Made by a program: the position numbers and the translations under genes. Of a stretch of 64,000 nt of DNA, positions 20,106-32,697 are shown piece after piece (the first letter of the stretch is position 1; the number at the start of each line of letters is the position of its first letter). Origin of the DNA: Ramlibacter sp. (lineage in GTDB: Bacteria > Pseudomonadota > Gammaproteobacteria > Burkholderiales > Burkholderiaceae_C); the NCBI RefSeq assembly GCF_028291745.1, contig NZ_JAQGNQ010000028.1, positions 12,674 to 76,673 on the forward strand, read 5' to 3'. The notes under the pieces were generated by a model. The model searched no databases and had not been told where the DNA came from. It saw only the letters and a list, made by a program, of their open reading frames with translations.

Positions 20106-22204
20106 GCCGCGCCCGGGGTCGCGGCGGCGGCGGCCGCAGCTGCGGCCTCGGCGCTCTTCTGCGCGAATTCCGCGCGCAGGGCCTTGAGCTTTTCGCGCGG
20201 ATCTTCCCTGGCCGTCCTGGTGTCGAGCGCCATCTCGGCGATGAAGCGGCTCGGCATCGCGGGCACCAGCTCGCGGCCCTTCTTGCGCTTCTTGCTCCAC
20301 GACACCACCAGCGAGCGCTGCGCCCGCGTGATGCCCACGTACATCAGGCGCCGCTCCTCCTGCAGCCGCTGCGCGAACGATTCGCTCACCACGCCGCCCT
20401 CGGCATCCTCCGGCTTGAAGGGCAGCATGCCCTCGACGCAGCCGGCCAGCACCACGTGCGGCCACTCCAGGCCCTTGGACGCATGCAGCGTGGACAGCGT
20501 GACGACATCCCGGTCCTTCTCGCGGTCGCTGATGGTGGAGAGCAGGGCGATGGTCTGCGCCACTTCCAGCACGTTCTTGCGCTCGTTCTGGGTCGCGACG
20601 CCGGCGGCATCGTCGATCTCGCCGCCGCAGCGCTTGGCCATCCAGTCGCAGAAGTCGAGCACGTTGGTCCAGCGCGCGGCCGCCACCTTCTCGTTGTCCT
20701 CGCCGTCGTACAGGTGCTTCTCGTAGCCGATCTCCTTGAGCCACTCGCCCAGGAAAGTCCTGGCATCCTCGGCGCCGACGGTGTGGCGCGCCCGGAACTC
20801 CAGGTCGTTCACGTAGCGGCCGAACTCCTGCAGGCTGCCCAGGGCCCGCGCATTCAGCACGCTGGGCAGCGAGGGCGAGAACAGCGCCTCGAACAGCGAC
20901 AGCTTGTACTGGCTGGCGAAGCTGCCCAGCGAGCCCAGCGTCTGGTGGCCGATGCCGCGCTTGGGCGTGGTCACGCAGCGCAGGAAGGCCGGGTCGTCGT
21001 CGTTGTTCACCCACAGGCGCAGCCACGCGCACAGGTCGCGGATCTCGGCGCGGTCGAAGAAGCTCTGGCCGCCCGAGACCTTGTACGGGATCTGCGCCTT
21101 GCGCATGGCCTGTTCGATCGTCCGGGACTGGTGGTTGGCGCGGTACAGGATCGCGAAGTCCTTCCAGTCCTTGTGCACGCCCGCGCCGCTGGCGACGGCT
21201 GCCGATCCGCCGCGGATCGACAAGATGCGCGCGGCCATGCGCTCGGCCTCGTGCTCCTCGCTGTCGCAATCGACCACGCGCACCGGCTCGCCTTCGCCGA
21301 GCTCCGAGAACAGCGTCTTGGGGAACAGCTTGGGGTTCGGCTGGATGACGTTGTTGGCCGCGCGCAGGATGGCGCTGGTGGAGCGGTAGTTCTGCTCCAG
21401 CTTGATGACCTTCAGGGTCGGATAGTCGACCGGGAGCCTGCGCAGGTTGTCCAGCGTGGCGCCGCGCCAGCCGTAGATCGACTGGTCGTCGTCACCCACC
21501 GCGGTGAAGCGCCCGTGCTCGCCCACCAGCAGCTTGAGCAGCTCGTACTGCGTGGCGTTGGTGTCCTGGTATTCGTCGATCAGCACGTGGCCCACGGCCT
21601 TCTGCCACTTCTCGCGGACTTCCGGAAAGTCGCGCAGCAGCTTCAGGGGCAGGCCGATCAGGTCGTCGAAGTCGACGCTCTGGTAGGCGGTCAGGCGCTC
21701 CTCGTAGCGCGCCATCACGGTGGCGATCACGCGCTCGTTCTCGTCCTTCGCCTGGGCCAGTGCCTGCGCCGCGTTCAGGCCGCCGTTCTTCCAGCCGCTG
21801 ATCGTCCACTGCCACTGGCGCGCCGTGGCGGCGTCGGTGGTGCCGCCGGCGTCCTTGAGGATGCCGGTCACGTCGTCGGAGTCGAGGATGGAGAACTGCG
21901 GCTTCAAGCCCAGCACGCTGCCGTCCTGCCGCATCATGCGCACGCCCAGCGCATGGAAGGTGCAGACCAGCACGTCCTTGGCCTGGCGCCCCACCAGCGA
22001 CTTGGCGCGCTCGCGCATTTCGGCGGCGGCCTTGTTGGTGAAGGTGATGGCGGCGATGCGCTTGGCCTCCAGGCCGCCTTGCATCAGGCGGGCGATCTTG
22101 TGCGTGATGACGCGCGTCTTGCCCGAGCCGGCGCCAGCCAGCACCAGGCAGGGCCCATGCATGAAATTGACGGCTTCTTGCTGGGCGAGGTTCAGGCCGG
22201 ACAT
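20102..22204 (-). CDS. rep: UvrD/Rep-family ATP-dependent DNA helicase (Rep-like)
   Basis: The translation reads MSGLNLAQQEAVNFMHGPCLVLAGAGSGKTRVITHKIARLM...LIDEYQDTN...TLHASKGLEW...YVGITRA. These are SF1 helicase motifs with a Rep-like N-terminus. Confidence 0.85.
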   Translation of the reverse strand: MSGLNLAQQEAVNFMHGPCLVLAGAGSGKTRVITHKIARLMQGGLEAKRIAAITFTNKAAAEMRERAKSLVGRQAKDVLVCTFHALGVRMMRQDGSVLGLKPQFSILDSDDVTGILKDAGGTTDAATARQWQWTISGWKNGGLNAAQALAQAKDENERVIATVMARYEERLTAYQSVDFDDLIGLPLKLLRDFPEVREKWQKAVGHVLIDEYQDTNATQYELLKLLVGEHGRFTAVGDDDQSIYGWRGATLDNLRRLPVDYPTLKVIKLEQNYRSTSAILRAANNVIQPNPKLFPKTLFSELGEGEPVRVVDCDSEEHEAERMAARILSIRGGSAAVASGAGVHKDWKDFAILYRANHQSRTIEQAMRKAQIPYKVSGGQSFFDRAEIRDLCAWLRLWVNNDDDPAFLRCVTTPKRGIGHQTLGSLGSFASQYKLSLFEALFSPSLPSVLNARALGSLQEFGRYVNDLEFRARHTVGAEDARTFLGEWLKEIGYEKHLYDGEDNEKVAAARWTNVLDFCDWMAKRCGGEIDDAAGVATQNERKNVLEVAQTIALLSTISDREKDRDVVTLSTLHASKGLEWPHVVLAGCVEGMLPFKPEDAEGGVVSESFAQRLQEERRLMYVGITRAQRSLVVSWSKKRKKGRELVPAMPSRFIAEMALDTRTAREDPREKLKALRAEFAQKSAEAAAAAAAAATPGAA

Positions 22205-22324
22205 CGGTGGGGGGGTACTGCGGGGGAACAGCGTCGCATCATACGGGCCGGGCCGCGGGGGCGACAGCTTCGCGCTGGAACCCGCGCGCGGTGCCTGCCA
22301 TCGCTTGCGCCGACAATACGCCCC

Positions 22325-23290
22325 GTGCTAAGCGTCCTGGCCGTCACCTTCCCGTTCTTCGCGCTGGTGCTGGCCGGCTACCTGGCGGCGCGCCGCCGCC
22401 TGCTGCCCTTCGAGGCGATCGCCGGGCTGAACACCTTCGTGCTGTTCTTCGCGCTGCCCTGCCTGTTGTACCGCTTCGGCGCCGGCACGCCGATCGCGCA
22501 GTTGCTGGATCCGAGTGCGCTCCTGACGTGGGTCGCTTGCGCGCTGCTGATGGTGGCGGGCACCGTGAAATGCAGCCTGAACGCGCGCATCCGCTGGAAC
22601 GACGCTTCCTTCGGCGCGCTGGTCGCGGCCTTTCCCAACACCGGCTTCATGGGCGTGCCGCTGGTGGTGGCACTGCTCGGGGCCAAGGCCGCCGGGCCCG
22701 CGATCCTCACCATCCTGATCGACCTGGTGGTCACCAGCTCACTGTGCATCGCGCTGTCGCGGCTCGATGGCGCCGACGAACACGGCGCCGCGCTGGCCGC
22801 GAAGAAGGCGCTGCAGGGCATGGCGCTCAATCCGATGCCGTGGGCCATCCTGCTCGGGGGCTTCTCGTCGGCGCTGCAGGTGAAGCCGGTGGGGCCGATC
22901 TTGAACACGATCGGGCTGCTGGCGGACGCGGCCTCGCCGGTGGCGCTGTTCACCATCGGCGCGGTGCTGGCGCGCTCGCAGTTCGTGGGCGCGCGAGGCG
23001 AACACGGGCCGCTGCCGGCGCGCGACTTCGTGCCCGTATCGCTGGCCAAGCTGCTGCTGCATCCGCTGCTCGTGTGGAGCGCGGGGCAGGGCGTGCGCGC
23101 CCTCGGCTTGCCGCTGGATGCGTTCACGCTGAAGGTGATGGTGCTGGTCGCGGCCTTGCCAAGCGCCAGCAACGTGTCACTGCTGGCCGAGCGTTTCGGC
23201 GCGGACACCGGCCGCATCGCGCGGATCATCCTGCTGACGACGGCAGCGGCGTTCGTGACGTTTTCGGCGGCGGTGGCGCTGCTGGAATAG
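22325..23290 (+). CDS. AEC-family (auxin efflux carrier-like) transporter
   Basis: From the GTG at 22325 the translation reads VLSVLAVTFPFFALVLAGYLAARRRLLPFEAIAGLNTFVLFFALPCLLY..., about 10 TM segments and 321 aa. Confidence 0.8.
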   Translation: MLSVLAVTFPFFALVLAGYLAARRRLLPFEAIAGLNTFVLFFALPCLLYRFGAGTPIAQLLDPSALLTWVACALLMVAGTVKCSLNARIRWNDASFGALVAAFPNTGFMGVPLVVALLGAKAAGPAILTILIDLVVTSSLCIALSRLDGADEHGAALAAKKALQGMALNPMPWAILLGGFSSALQVKPVGPILNTIGLLADAASPVALFTIGAVLARSQFVGARGEHGPLPARDFVPVSLAKLLLHPLLVWSAGQGVRALGLPLDAFTLKVMVLVAALPSASNVSLLAERFGADTGRIARIILLTTAAAFVTFSAAVALLE

Positions 23291-23363
23291 TAGGCTGGGC
23301 TGCCGCAGGCACCCCAGCACGACATCGCGCGGTCGCTGGGGTGCCGTCCGCAGCCCAGCCTAC
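23290..23363. repeat. REP pair (family C) in inverted orientation
   Basis: gtaggctgggctgccgcaggcaccccagc, a 16-nt spacer, then gctggggtgccgtccgcagcccagcctac. The same family occurs at 31850 and 41591. Confidence 0.85.
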
Positions 23364-23516
23364 GAGGGCCGTCCAGGCCGGTATGACATGGACAAGCGCA
23401 TCCCGCGGCAGGACCGACGGCAGCGCTGTCCCCTTTGTCCAACGCCCGCCCTTGCAAAGCCATGCCGCGCCGCTAGAGTCCGCCGCATCGAGCACCGTCT
23501 CGCTTTCCTCCCTTGC

Positions 23517-23897
23517 ATGTCCGGACCCACTCAGCTTCGCCTGGCCTCCCTCTCCGCCGCTGCCTATGCGGCGCTTGCCGTCAGCGGCACCGTGCACCAC
23601 CTGCAACGCAGCGGCAGCCTGCCTGCCTTCGTGCACGGACTCGCCCGGCCGTCGCTGTGGCTGCTGCTGCTGGTGGCCATCGTGGTCGCCTGGGGCTTGT
23701 GGAACCGGCAGGTCTGGGCGTGGTGGCTCGGGGTCGCCGCCGCCGGCTGGGAGGTCTACGTGATCCTCGCTGGCTATGCGCACAGCCGCGCGTTCGGCCA
23801 TCTGCCGCGACCGCCCACGCTGCTGGCACTCGGACTGCTGCTGTTCATGCTGGCGCTGCTGTTCCAGCGCAAGGCGCGGGCAGCGGCCAGCAAGTGA
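23517..23897 (+). CDS. Small integral membrane protein, unknown function
   Basis: From the ATG at 23517 the translation is MSGPTQLRLASLSAAAYAALAVSG.... It has about 4 hydrophobic segments and is 126 aa. I did not recognise a family. Confidence 0.4.
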   Translation: MSGPTQLRLASLSAAAYAALAVSGTVHHLQRSGSLPAFVHGLARPSLWLLLLVAIVVAWGLWNRQVWAWWLGVAAAGWEVYVILAGYAHSRAFGHLPRPPTLLALGLLLFMLALLFQRKARAAASK

Positions 23898-23904
23898 ACG
23901 CTGG

Positions 23905-25164
23905 CTACAACAGGGGCGCCAGCCAGGCCGTGACGCGCTCGCACAGCTTCTCCCAGGCCGGTCGCCGCTGCCACTCCTGCAGCGTGTAGCGCCGGCAGCG
24001 CCGCAGGTCGTCCTCGAAGCCGCGCGTCAGCTGCGCGGCGAACTCCGGCTCGTAGACGTTCAGGTTCGCCTCGTCGTTCAGGTGGAAGGAACGCGGGTCG
24101 AAGTTGGTCGAGCCCACCGACGACAGCAGGCTGTCGACGATCACGATCTTGCAGTGGTACATGGTGGGGTGGTAGACGTACATCTCCAGGCCTGCCTCCA
24201 GCAACTCGCCCCAGAGCGCGCGCGAGGCGTGGCGCACGGTCTGCGTGTCGATCTTGCGGCCGGGGGTGATCACGCGCACGCGCACGCCGCGCTGCAGCGC
24301 CTTCACCAGTGCCAGCCGCGCCATCGCATCGGGCACGAAGTAGGCGCTGGCGATGTCGATGGTCTTCACGGCGGCGGTGATCGCCACCAGGTACATCAGC
24401 TCCATGCTTTCGCTGCCGCCGCTTGGCGAGCTGTGGAACATCTGCGCGTGCTGGGTGCCGGCTGCCACGGGTGTCGGAAAATAATCCTCGCCATGCAGGA
24501 CACGGCCGCTGGCCTTGCCCCAGTTGGAGAGCATGACGCTCTGCATCTGCGCGACGACGGGCCCCTCGACGCGATAGTGCGAATCGCGCCAGTGGTCCGC
24601 GTCCTGCGCATGGCCGGTCCAGGGCGGCGCGATGCCGACGCCGCCGGTGAAGCCGATGCGGCCATCCACGATCAGCAGCTTGCGGTGCGTGCGGTTGTTG
24701 ATGCGGCCCAGGTTGTACCAGCGCAGCGGATGGAAGCGGAACACCTCCACGCCGGCGCGCTTCATGGTGTCCACCATGTGCTCGTCCACCTTGAGGCATC
24801 CCAGCCAGTCGAGCAGCACGTGGACCTTGCAGCCGGCGCGGGCGCGCTCGGACAGGGCCTGCGCGAATTCCTCGCCGATTTCGCCGGACCAGTAGATGAA
24901 GGTCTCGAACAGCACCGTCGTGCGCGCGCCGCGGATCGCCTCGAGCATCGCCGGAAAGATCTGGTCGCCGTTGTCCAGGGCCGTGACGCGATTGCCGCCG
25001 ACGATGTCCGGCCCCAGCATCATCCCCATCGCGCGGAAGAACTGCGGGTCGTCGACCGGATAGAGGTGCTGGATCTCGTGGGTGACGCGCCGCTCGCCGG
25101 CATTCAGGTTGACGTACAGGAGGGCGAGGAGCAGGGCGGCGAGGACGCTCAGGATTTCCAGCAT
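23905..25164 (-). CDS. Phospholipase D-superfamily cardiolipin/phospholipid synthase
   Basis: It carries two HKD motifs (THRKLLIVDGRIGFTGGVGI and YHCKIVIVDSLLSSVGSTNFD) and an N-terminal TM segment. The ATG is at 25164. The track start at 25170 is a TTG. Confidence 0.85.
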   Translation of the reverse strand: MLEILSVLAALLLALLYVNLNAGERRVTHEIQHLYPVDDPQFFRAMGMMLGPDIVGGNRVTALDNGDQIFPAMLEAIRGARTTVLFETFIYWSGEIGEEFAQALSERARAGCKVHVLLDWLGCLKVDEHMVDTMKRAGVEVFRFHPLRWYNLGRINNRTHRKLLIVDGRIGFTGGVGIAPPWTGHAQDADHWRDSHYRVEGPVVAQMQSVMLSNWGKASGRVLHGEDYFPTPVAAGTQHAQMFHSSPSGGSESMELMYLVAITAAVKTIDIASAYFVPDAMARLALVKALQRGVRVRVITPGRKIDTQTVRHASRALWGELLEAGLEMYVYHPTMYHCKIVIVDSLLSSVGSTNFDPRSFHLNDEANLNVYEPEFAAQLTRGFEDDLRRCRRYTLQEWQRRPAWEKLCERVTAWLAPLL

Positions 25165-25207
25165 GGGCAAGGGCGCGTGGGCGAAGGACGCATGCTAACC
25201 AAATGCG

Positions 25208-25400
25208 TTCCCCGCAGGCCGCGAGCCCGTTGCATGTCATCCATGGATGTGATCCCGGGCTTGACCCGGGATCCATGCGGCGCCTGATCCACCGCCGCAT
25301 GGATTGCGGGTCAAGCCCGCAATGACATCCAGTACCCCGCAATGGCATCAGTACCCCGCATCGGCATCAGTGCGCCGCAACGGCATAACCGCGCCGCAGG
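25208..25400. repeat. Composite hairpin repeat (family A) plus short degenerate direct repeats
   Basis: The core 25245-25330 (ggatgtgatcccgggcttgacccgggatcc...ggattgcgggtcaagcccgcaatgacatcc) matches 2245-2327. It is followed by the reiterations taccccgcaatggcatcag / taccccgcatcggcatcag. Confidence 0.8.
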
Positions 25401-25401
25401 G

Positions 25402-25947
25402 TTACCGCCGCCGCTTGCGCCGGCTGTTCATGATCAGGAGCACGCCGACCATGCCGCCGGCGATGAACGCCTTGCGCATGAAGCCGTGGCGGTTGTGCTT
25501 CCATTCGGCCGGGCCACCCATCTCCTTGAACAGGTTGGGCACGTGCCCGTGGGCGAGGTCGTCGAGGATGCCCTCGACCATGTTCACGCGGTCGGCGAAC
25601 AGCAGCATCAGCCAGTGGCGGATGTCGTTCTCGCTGAAGTGGAAGGCGCCGGCGCGGATCATTCCGGACACGCCCGAGGGCGGCTGCACGGTGCCGAAGA
25701 CGGGGGTGAGGCCGGGCCGTTCGGTGGAGTGGAAGACCTTCACGTCCGGATGCACGTGCTGGTGCTCGAGATCGTCCCAGTGCACGTTGATGAAGCGCGG
25801 TGGCGTGCGCTCCTTCGGATACGCCGGACGCACGGCAGGATCGAGGTCCGCGCCCCAGCCCTGGATGCCGGGAGGCGGCTTGCGCAGGTGGTCCTGCGGC
25901 TCCGTCTTCTCGACGTAGATGGTCATGTCTTCGGGGTGGTTGCTCAT
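25402..25947 (-). CDS. Hypothetical protein with C-terminal membrane anchor, co-transcribed with the Zn-ADH
   Basis: The protein runs MSNHPEDMTIYVEKTEPQDH...FIAGGMVGVLLIMNSRRKRRR. A GGAGG SD lies upstream, and the start is 11 nt after the ADH stop. I did not recognise a family. Confidence 0.5.
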   Translation of the reverse strand: MSNHPEDMTIYVEKTEPQDHLRKPPPGIQGWGADLDPAVRPAYPKERTPPRFINVHWDDLEHQHVHPDVKVFHSTERPGLTPVFGTVQPPSGVSGMIRAGAFHFSENDIRHWLMLLFADRVNMVEGILDDLAHGHVPNLFKEMGGPAEWKHNRHGFMRKAFIAGGMVGVLLIMNSRRKRRR

Positions 25948-25958
25948 GGGGCCTCCGC

Positions 25959-27173
25959 TCAATGCACGTGGTTCTGCGATTGCGACTGCGACTGCGCCAC
26001 CGCGGGCCGCGCCGGCTCCAGTTGCCGCGCCGAGGGCGGGATCAGCACCGGCTTGATGCAGTTGTCGAGCTTGCTCGAGAAGATGTGATACGCATCGGCC
26101 ACGTCTTCCAGCGGAATGCGGTGGGTGATCACCTCGCTGGGCTTCAGGCGCCCGGCCTGGATATGTTCTATCAGGCGCGGCAGGTGCCGCTTCACGGCGG
26201 CCTGGTTGCCGCGCATCGTCAGCCCCTTGTTGACCAGATTGCCAATCGGCACGAAATTGAAGGTGGGCCCGTAGACGCCGACCACCGAGATGTTGCCGCC
26301 TTTGCGCGCCGAGTTGATCGCCCAGTGCAGCACCGTGGCGGCGCCGGCCTGCAGCTTCAGCTTGAGGCCGGTCAGGCGCTGCATCGTGTTGCCGGCCGCT
26401 TCGCAACCGACCGCATCGATGCACACGTCGGCGCCCAGCCAGTCGGTCATCTTCTTGATGTGGATCGCCATGTCGCCCACTTCCTTGAAGTTGACGACCT
26501 CGCACTGCGCGAACTTCCTGGCGAACTCCAGCCGGTACTCGATGTGGTCGACCATGATGACCCGCCCCGCACCCATCAGCCACGCGGACTTGGCGGCGAA
26601 CAGGCCGACCGGGCCGCAGCCGAACACGACGACCGTGTCGCCCTCGGCGATGTCGCCCATCTCCGCGGCGTGGTAGCCGGTGGGGCAGGCGTCGGTCAGC
26701 AGCACGGCGTCGTCCAGGCTCAGGTCCGGCGGCAGCACGAGCGGGCCGACGTCGGCCATCGGCACGCGCACGTACTCGGCCTGGCCGCCGTCGTAGCCGC
26801 CGGTGGTGTGCGAGTAGCCGTAGATGCCGCCGACCGCCGTGGCCTCGGGGTTGACGTTGTGGCAGTTGGAGTAGAGCTCCTTGCGGCAGAAGAAGCAGGA
26901 GCCGCAGAAGATGTTGAAGGGCACCAGCACGTGGTCGCCCTTCTTCAGCGACTGCACGGAGGAGCCCACCTCCTCGACGATGCCGGTGAATTCGTGGCCG
27001 AAGGTGTGGCCGATGCGGGTGTCGGGAACGATGCCGTGATAGAGGTGCAGGTCCGATCCGCAGATGCAGGAGCGGGTGACGCGAACGATCGCGTCATTGG
27101 GATGTTCGATGTGCGGCTCGGACTTGTGCGTGGCGCGGACACGGTAAGGTCCGCGGTATTGCATCGCAAGCAT
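25959..27173 (-). CDS. Zinc-dependent alcohol/formaldehyde dehydrogenase (glutathione-independent FDH-like MDR family)
   Basis: It shows CICGSDLHLY, GHEFTGIVEEVG, the structural-zinc cysteines CGSCFFCRKELYSNC and a Rossmann motif VFGCGPVG. The C-terminal tail ends QSQSQSQNHVH. Confidence 0.85.
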   Translation of the reverse strand: MLAMQYRGPYRVRATHKSEPHIEHPNDAIVRVTRSCICGSDLHLYHGIVPDTRIGHTFGHEFTGIVEEVGSSVQSLKKGDHVLVPFNIFCGSCFFCRKELYSNCHNVNPEATAVGGIYGYSHTTGGYDGGQAEYVRVPMADVGPLVLPPDLSLDDAVLLTDACPTGYHAAEMGDIAEGDTVVVFGCGPVGLFAAKSAWLMGAGRVIMVDHIEYRLEFARKFAQCEVVNFKEVGDMAIHIKKMTDWLGADVCIDAVGCEAAGNTMQRLTGLKLKLQAGAATVLHWAINSARKGGNISVVGVYGPTFNFVPIGNLVNKGLTMRGNQAAVKRHLPRLIEHIQAGRLKPSEVITHRIPLEDVADAYHIFSSKLDNCIKPVLIPPSARQLEPARPAVAQSQSQSQNHVH

Positions 27174-27263
27174 TTCGTTGTTCCTTGGAGTTGATGCGAA
27201 TCATTCTCCCGACGCGATCTGAGCCTTAGTCATCGCGGATGCATCCTGTATCAATGATCCCCG

Positions 27264-28211
27264 GTGAAGCGATTTGCGCGGCCACAATGCCTGGTGCAGG
27301 AAACGACGACAGTGAGTCTCATCGGTGCGCCGACCGACGTCGGTGCCAGCGTGCGCGGCGCCGGGATGGGGCCCGATGCGCTGCGCGTGGCCGGCATTGC
27401 CGAGTGCCTGCGGGCCCACAAGCTGCAGGTCATCGATCGCGGCAATCTCTCCGGTCCACCGAACCCCTGGCATCCGGCCGAGAGCGGCATCCGCCACCTG
27501 CACGAAGTGATCGCCTGGAACCGCGTCGTGTTCGACGCGGTACAGACCTCGCTGGCCATGAACCAGGTCCCGCTTCTCATGGGCGGTGACCACTGCCTGG
27601 CCATCGGCTCGATCAGCGCGGTGGCCCGGCAATGCCGCGAGGAGCGGCGCAACCTGCGCGTCATCTGGCTCGACGCGCACACCGACGTCAACACGGCGGC
27701 TATCAGTCCGAGCGGCAACCTGCACGGCATGCCGGTGGCATGCCTGCTCGGGCATGGGCCGTCGGAGCTGGTGGGCTGGAGCGGCGAGCGCGCCGCCCTG
27801 CATGCGGGCAGCATCGACTTCATCGGCATCCGCAGCGTGGACGCGGACGAGAAGCAGGCGATCCGGCAACTCGGCCTGCAGGTCTTCGACATGCGCCACA
27901 TCGACGAGCACGGCATGCGCAACACCATGACCGAGGTGCTGCAGGACGTGGGTGACGACACGCACATCCACGTGAGCTTCGACCTGGACTGCCTCGATCC
28001 CGCCGACGCGCCGGGCGTGGGCACGGGCGTGCGCGGCGGCCCCACCTACCGCGAGATGCAGCTGTGCATGGAGATGATCGCGGACACCGGCCGCCTGCGC
28101 TCGCTGGACGTGGTGGAGATCAACCCGGCGCTGGACGTGCGCAACCGGACGGCGGAACTGGCCGTCGATTTCATCCAGAGCCTGTTCGGGGCGTCCACGC
28201 TGGCGCGGTAG
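27264..28211 (+). CDS. rocF: Arginase (ureohydrolase family)
   Basis: The Mn-binding motifs GGDHCLAIGS, WLDAHTDVNT and SFDLDCLDP are present. The start is a GTG at 27264 or an in-frame GTG at 27312 (VSLIGAPTDVG). Confidence 0.85.
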   Translation: MKRFARPQCLVQETTTVSLIGAPTDVGASVRGAGMGPDALRVAGIAECLRAHKLQVIDRGNLSGPPNPWHPAESGIRHLHEVIAWNRVVFDAVQTSLAMNQVPLLMGGDHCLAIGSISAVARQCREERRNLRVIWLDAHTDVNTAAISPSGNLHGMPVACLLGHGPSELVGWSGERAALHAGSIDFIGIRSVDADEKQAIRQLGLQVFDMRHIDEHGMRNTMTEVLQDVGDDTHIHVSFDLDCLDPADAPGVGTGVRGGPTYREMQLCMEMIADTGRLRSLDVVEINPALDVRNRTAELAVDFIQSLFGASTLAR

Positions 28212-28238
28212 TCCCGGTAACACGGTAGAGTCGGGGGC

Positions 28239-31389
<3,151 letters not shown>

Positions 31390-31403
<14 letters not shown>

Positions 31404-31746
31404 CCGGTTCGCCGGCCAGCACCGGATTCACCGGCCGCGCCGCGTGGGCAGCGCGCCAGGCGGCACCGCCGTCTTCGCTGTTGCTGGCGGCCACTTCGTC
31501 GCGGTCGCCCAGGAATTCGGCGGTGACCTGCGCGCGGGTCTTGTCGCTGTGGAAGAACTGCAGCGGGTTGTAGTCGCGCGCCCACGGGTTCACGCCCTGC
31601 TGCTGGTACTGCTGCAGTTCCGCCCGCACTTCGGCGCGGGTGCGGCTGCCCACGAACGGCGTGGTGTCGACGGTGATGTCGTCGGCCAGCGCGGAGCCGG
31701 CGGCGGCAACGAGGATGAGGGCGGCGGTGAGGGTCTTGCGGTTCAT
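31390..31746 (-). CDS. Secreted DUF4148-type small protein
   Basis: The protein reads MNRKTLTAALILVAAAGSALADDITVD...SRTRAEVRAELQQYQQQG. It is a paralogue of the 34352..34609 product and overlaps the kinase 3' end by 14 nt. Confidence 0.6.
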
Positions 31747-31849
31747 GGTGCTTCCTTCGGTTGATGGATGGACTGCTTTGTCCATGGACCGAACTTTAGG
31801 GAGCGGCGAGCCCGCTGCATGTGCGTTTGCGCACCGGGGAAGGCAGCAT

Positions 31850-31926
31850 GCTGGGGTGCCTGCGGCAGCCCAGCCTACCTGCTGCGCGGTGCCCTCGTAG
31901 GCTGGGCTGCCGCAGGCACCCCAGCA
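31850..31926. repeat. REP pair (family C), arms in the opposite relative order to 23290
   Basis: gctggggtgcctgcggcagcccagcctac, a 19-nt spacer, then gtaggctgggctgccgcaggcaccccagc. Confidence 0.85.
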
Positions 31927-31930
31927 ACCC

Positions 31931-32638
31931 TCAGGCCTCCAGGCGCACCTCCGCCACGATCCGCTCCAGGCGCGCGACATCCGTCAACACCAACCCGGTC
32001 CCCTCCTTCTGCAGCAAGCCTTGCCGCGTCAATGCCGACAATTCCCGCGTCACCTGTTCCCGGTACGTGCTCACCTGGCTCGCGATGTCCGCGTGCTTGG
32101 GCGCGGGTTCCAGGCGCACGCGGTTGCCCGGGGCGCCGCTCTGGCGCGCCAGGCGCAGCAGCTCCGCGTGGATGCGGTTCTGCACGCCCAGCGTGCTCAG
32201 GTCGATCACGCGCTGCGACAGCATGCGCACCAGGCCCGCCAGCCGCTGCAGCACGCGTTCCCGCACCAGCGGCTCGGTCGCAATCAGCTCGCGGAAATGC
32301 TCGGGGGTGAGGGAGGCGACCAGCACGTCCTCCAGCGCCAGCACGTCGGCCGAACGCGGCTGGCCGTCGATGGCGGCGAGGTCGCCGATCATGTCGCCGG
32401 CCTCCTCGTCGCGAAAGGTCACCTGCCGCCCACCGGCCGAAAAGCTGGTGACGCGTACCCGGCCGCTCACCACAAAGTGCACGTCGCGATCGGGACTGTT
32501 CCGGGCCACAATCAGCTGCCCGGGTTCGACCCGGCGCCAGCTGCAGCGCGCGGCGAGCAGCTCCAGCCGCTCCTGCGACAGGCCCTGCAGCAGCTGCACC
32601 TTCTTCAGGCCGAACGTCGACGGTTGAACTGTTGCCAT
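31931..32638 (-). CDS. Crp/Fnr-family transcription regulator with cyclic-nucleotide-binding domain
   Basis: The cNMP-binding pattern is ...GDMIGDLAAIDGQPRSADVLA.... The C-terminal HTH is IASQVSTYREQVTRELSALTRQG. Confidence 0.85.
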   Translation of the reverse strand: MATVQPSTFGLKKVQLLQGLSQERLELLAARCSWRRVEPGQLIVARNSPDRDVHFVVSGRVRVTSFSAGGRQVTFRDEEAGDMIGDLAAIDGQPRSADVLALEDVLVASLTPEHFRELIATEPLVRERVLQRLAGLVRMLSQRVIDLSTLGVQNRIHAELLRLARQSGAPGNRVRLEPAPKHADIASQVSTYREQVTRELSALTRQGLLQKEGTGLVLTDVARLERIVAEVRLEA

Positions 32639-32697
32639 CGCTTGCGACTCCCCCTGCGGCGCATCTTAGTGCCCGCCGCCTGCGCCTTGCCTCCGGC

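Noticed and set aside
20102-22204. The UvrD/Rep helicase, and the RecQ-family helicase at 57927-59669, as parts of an anti-phage defence system
   Set aside because: Both have housekeeping-type sequences and neighbours. No nuclease, ATPase partner, TIR, Sir2 or other defence-associated gene is adjacent.
23290-23363. The possibility that the repeated palindromes (families A-C) form a CRISPR array
   Set aside because: Copies occur singly or as inverted pairs with 16-19 nt spacers at scattered loci, not as multiple direct repeats with unique spacers. No cas genes are present.
23905-25164. The PLD-superfamily gene as a defence nuclease (Nuc/BfiI-like)
   Set aside because: Two full HKD motifs, an N-terminal membrane anchor and the overall length fit cardiolipin/phospholipid synthases rather than single-HKD nucleases.
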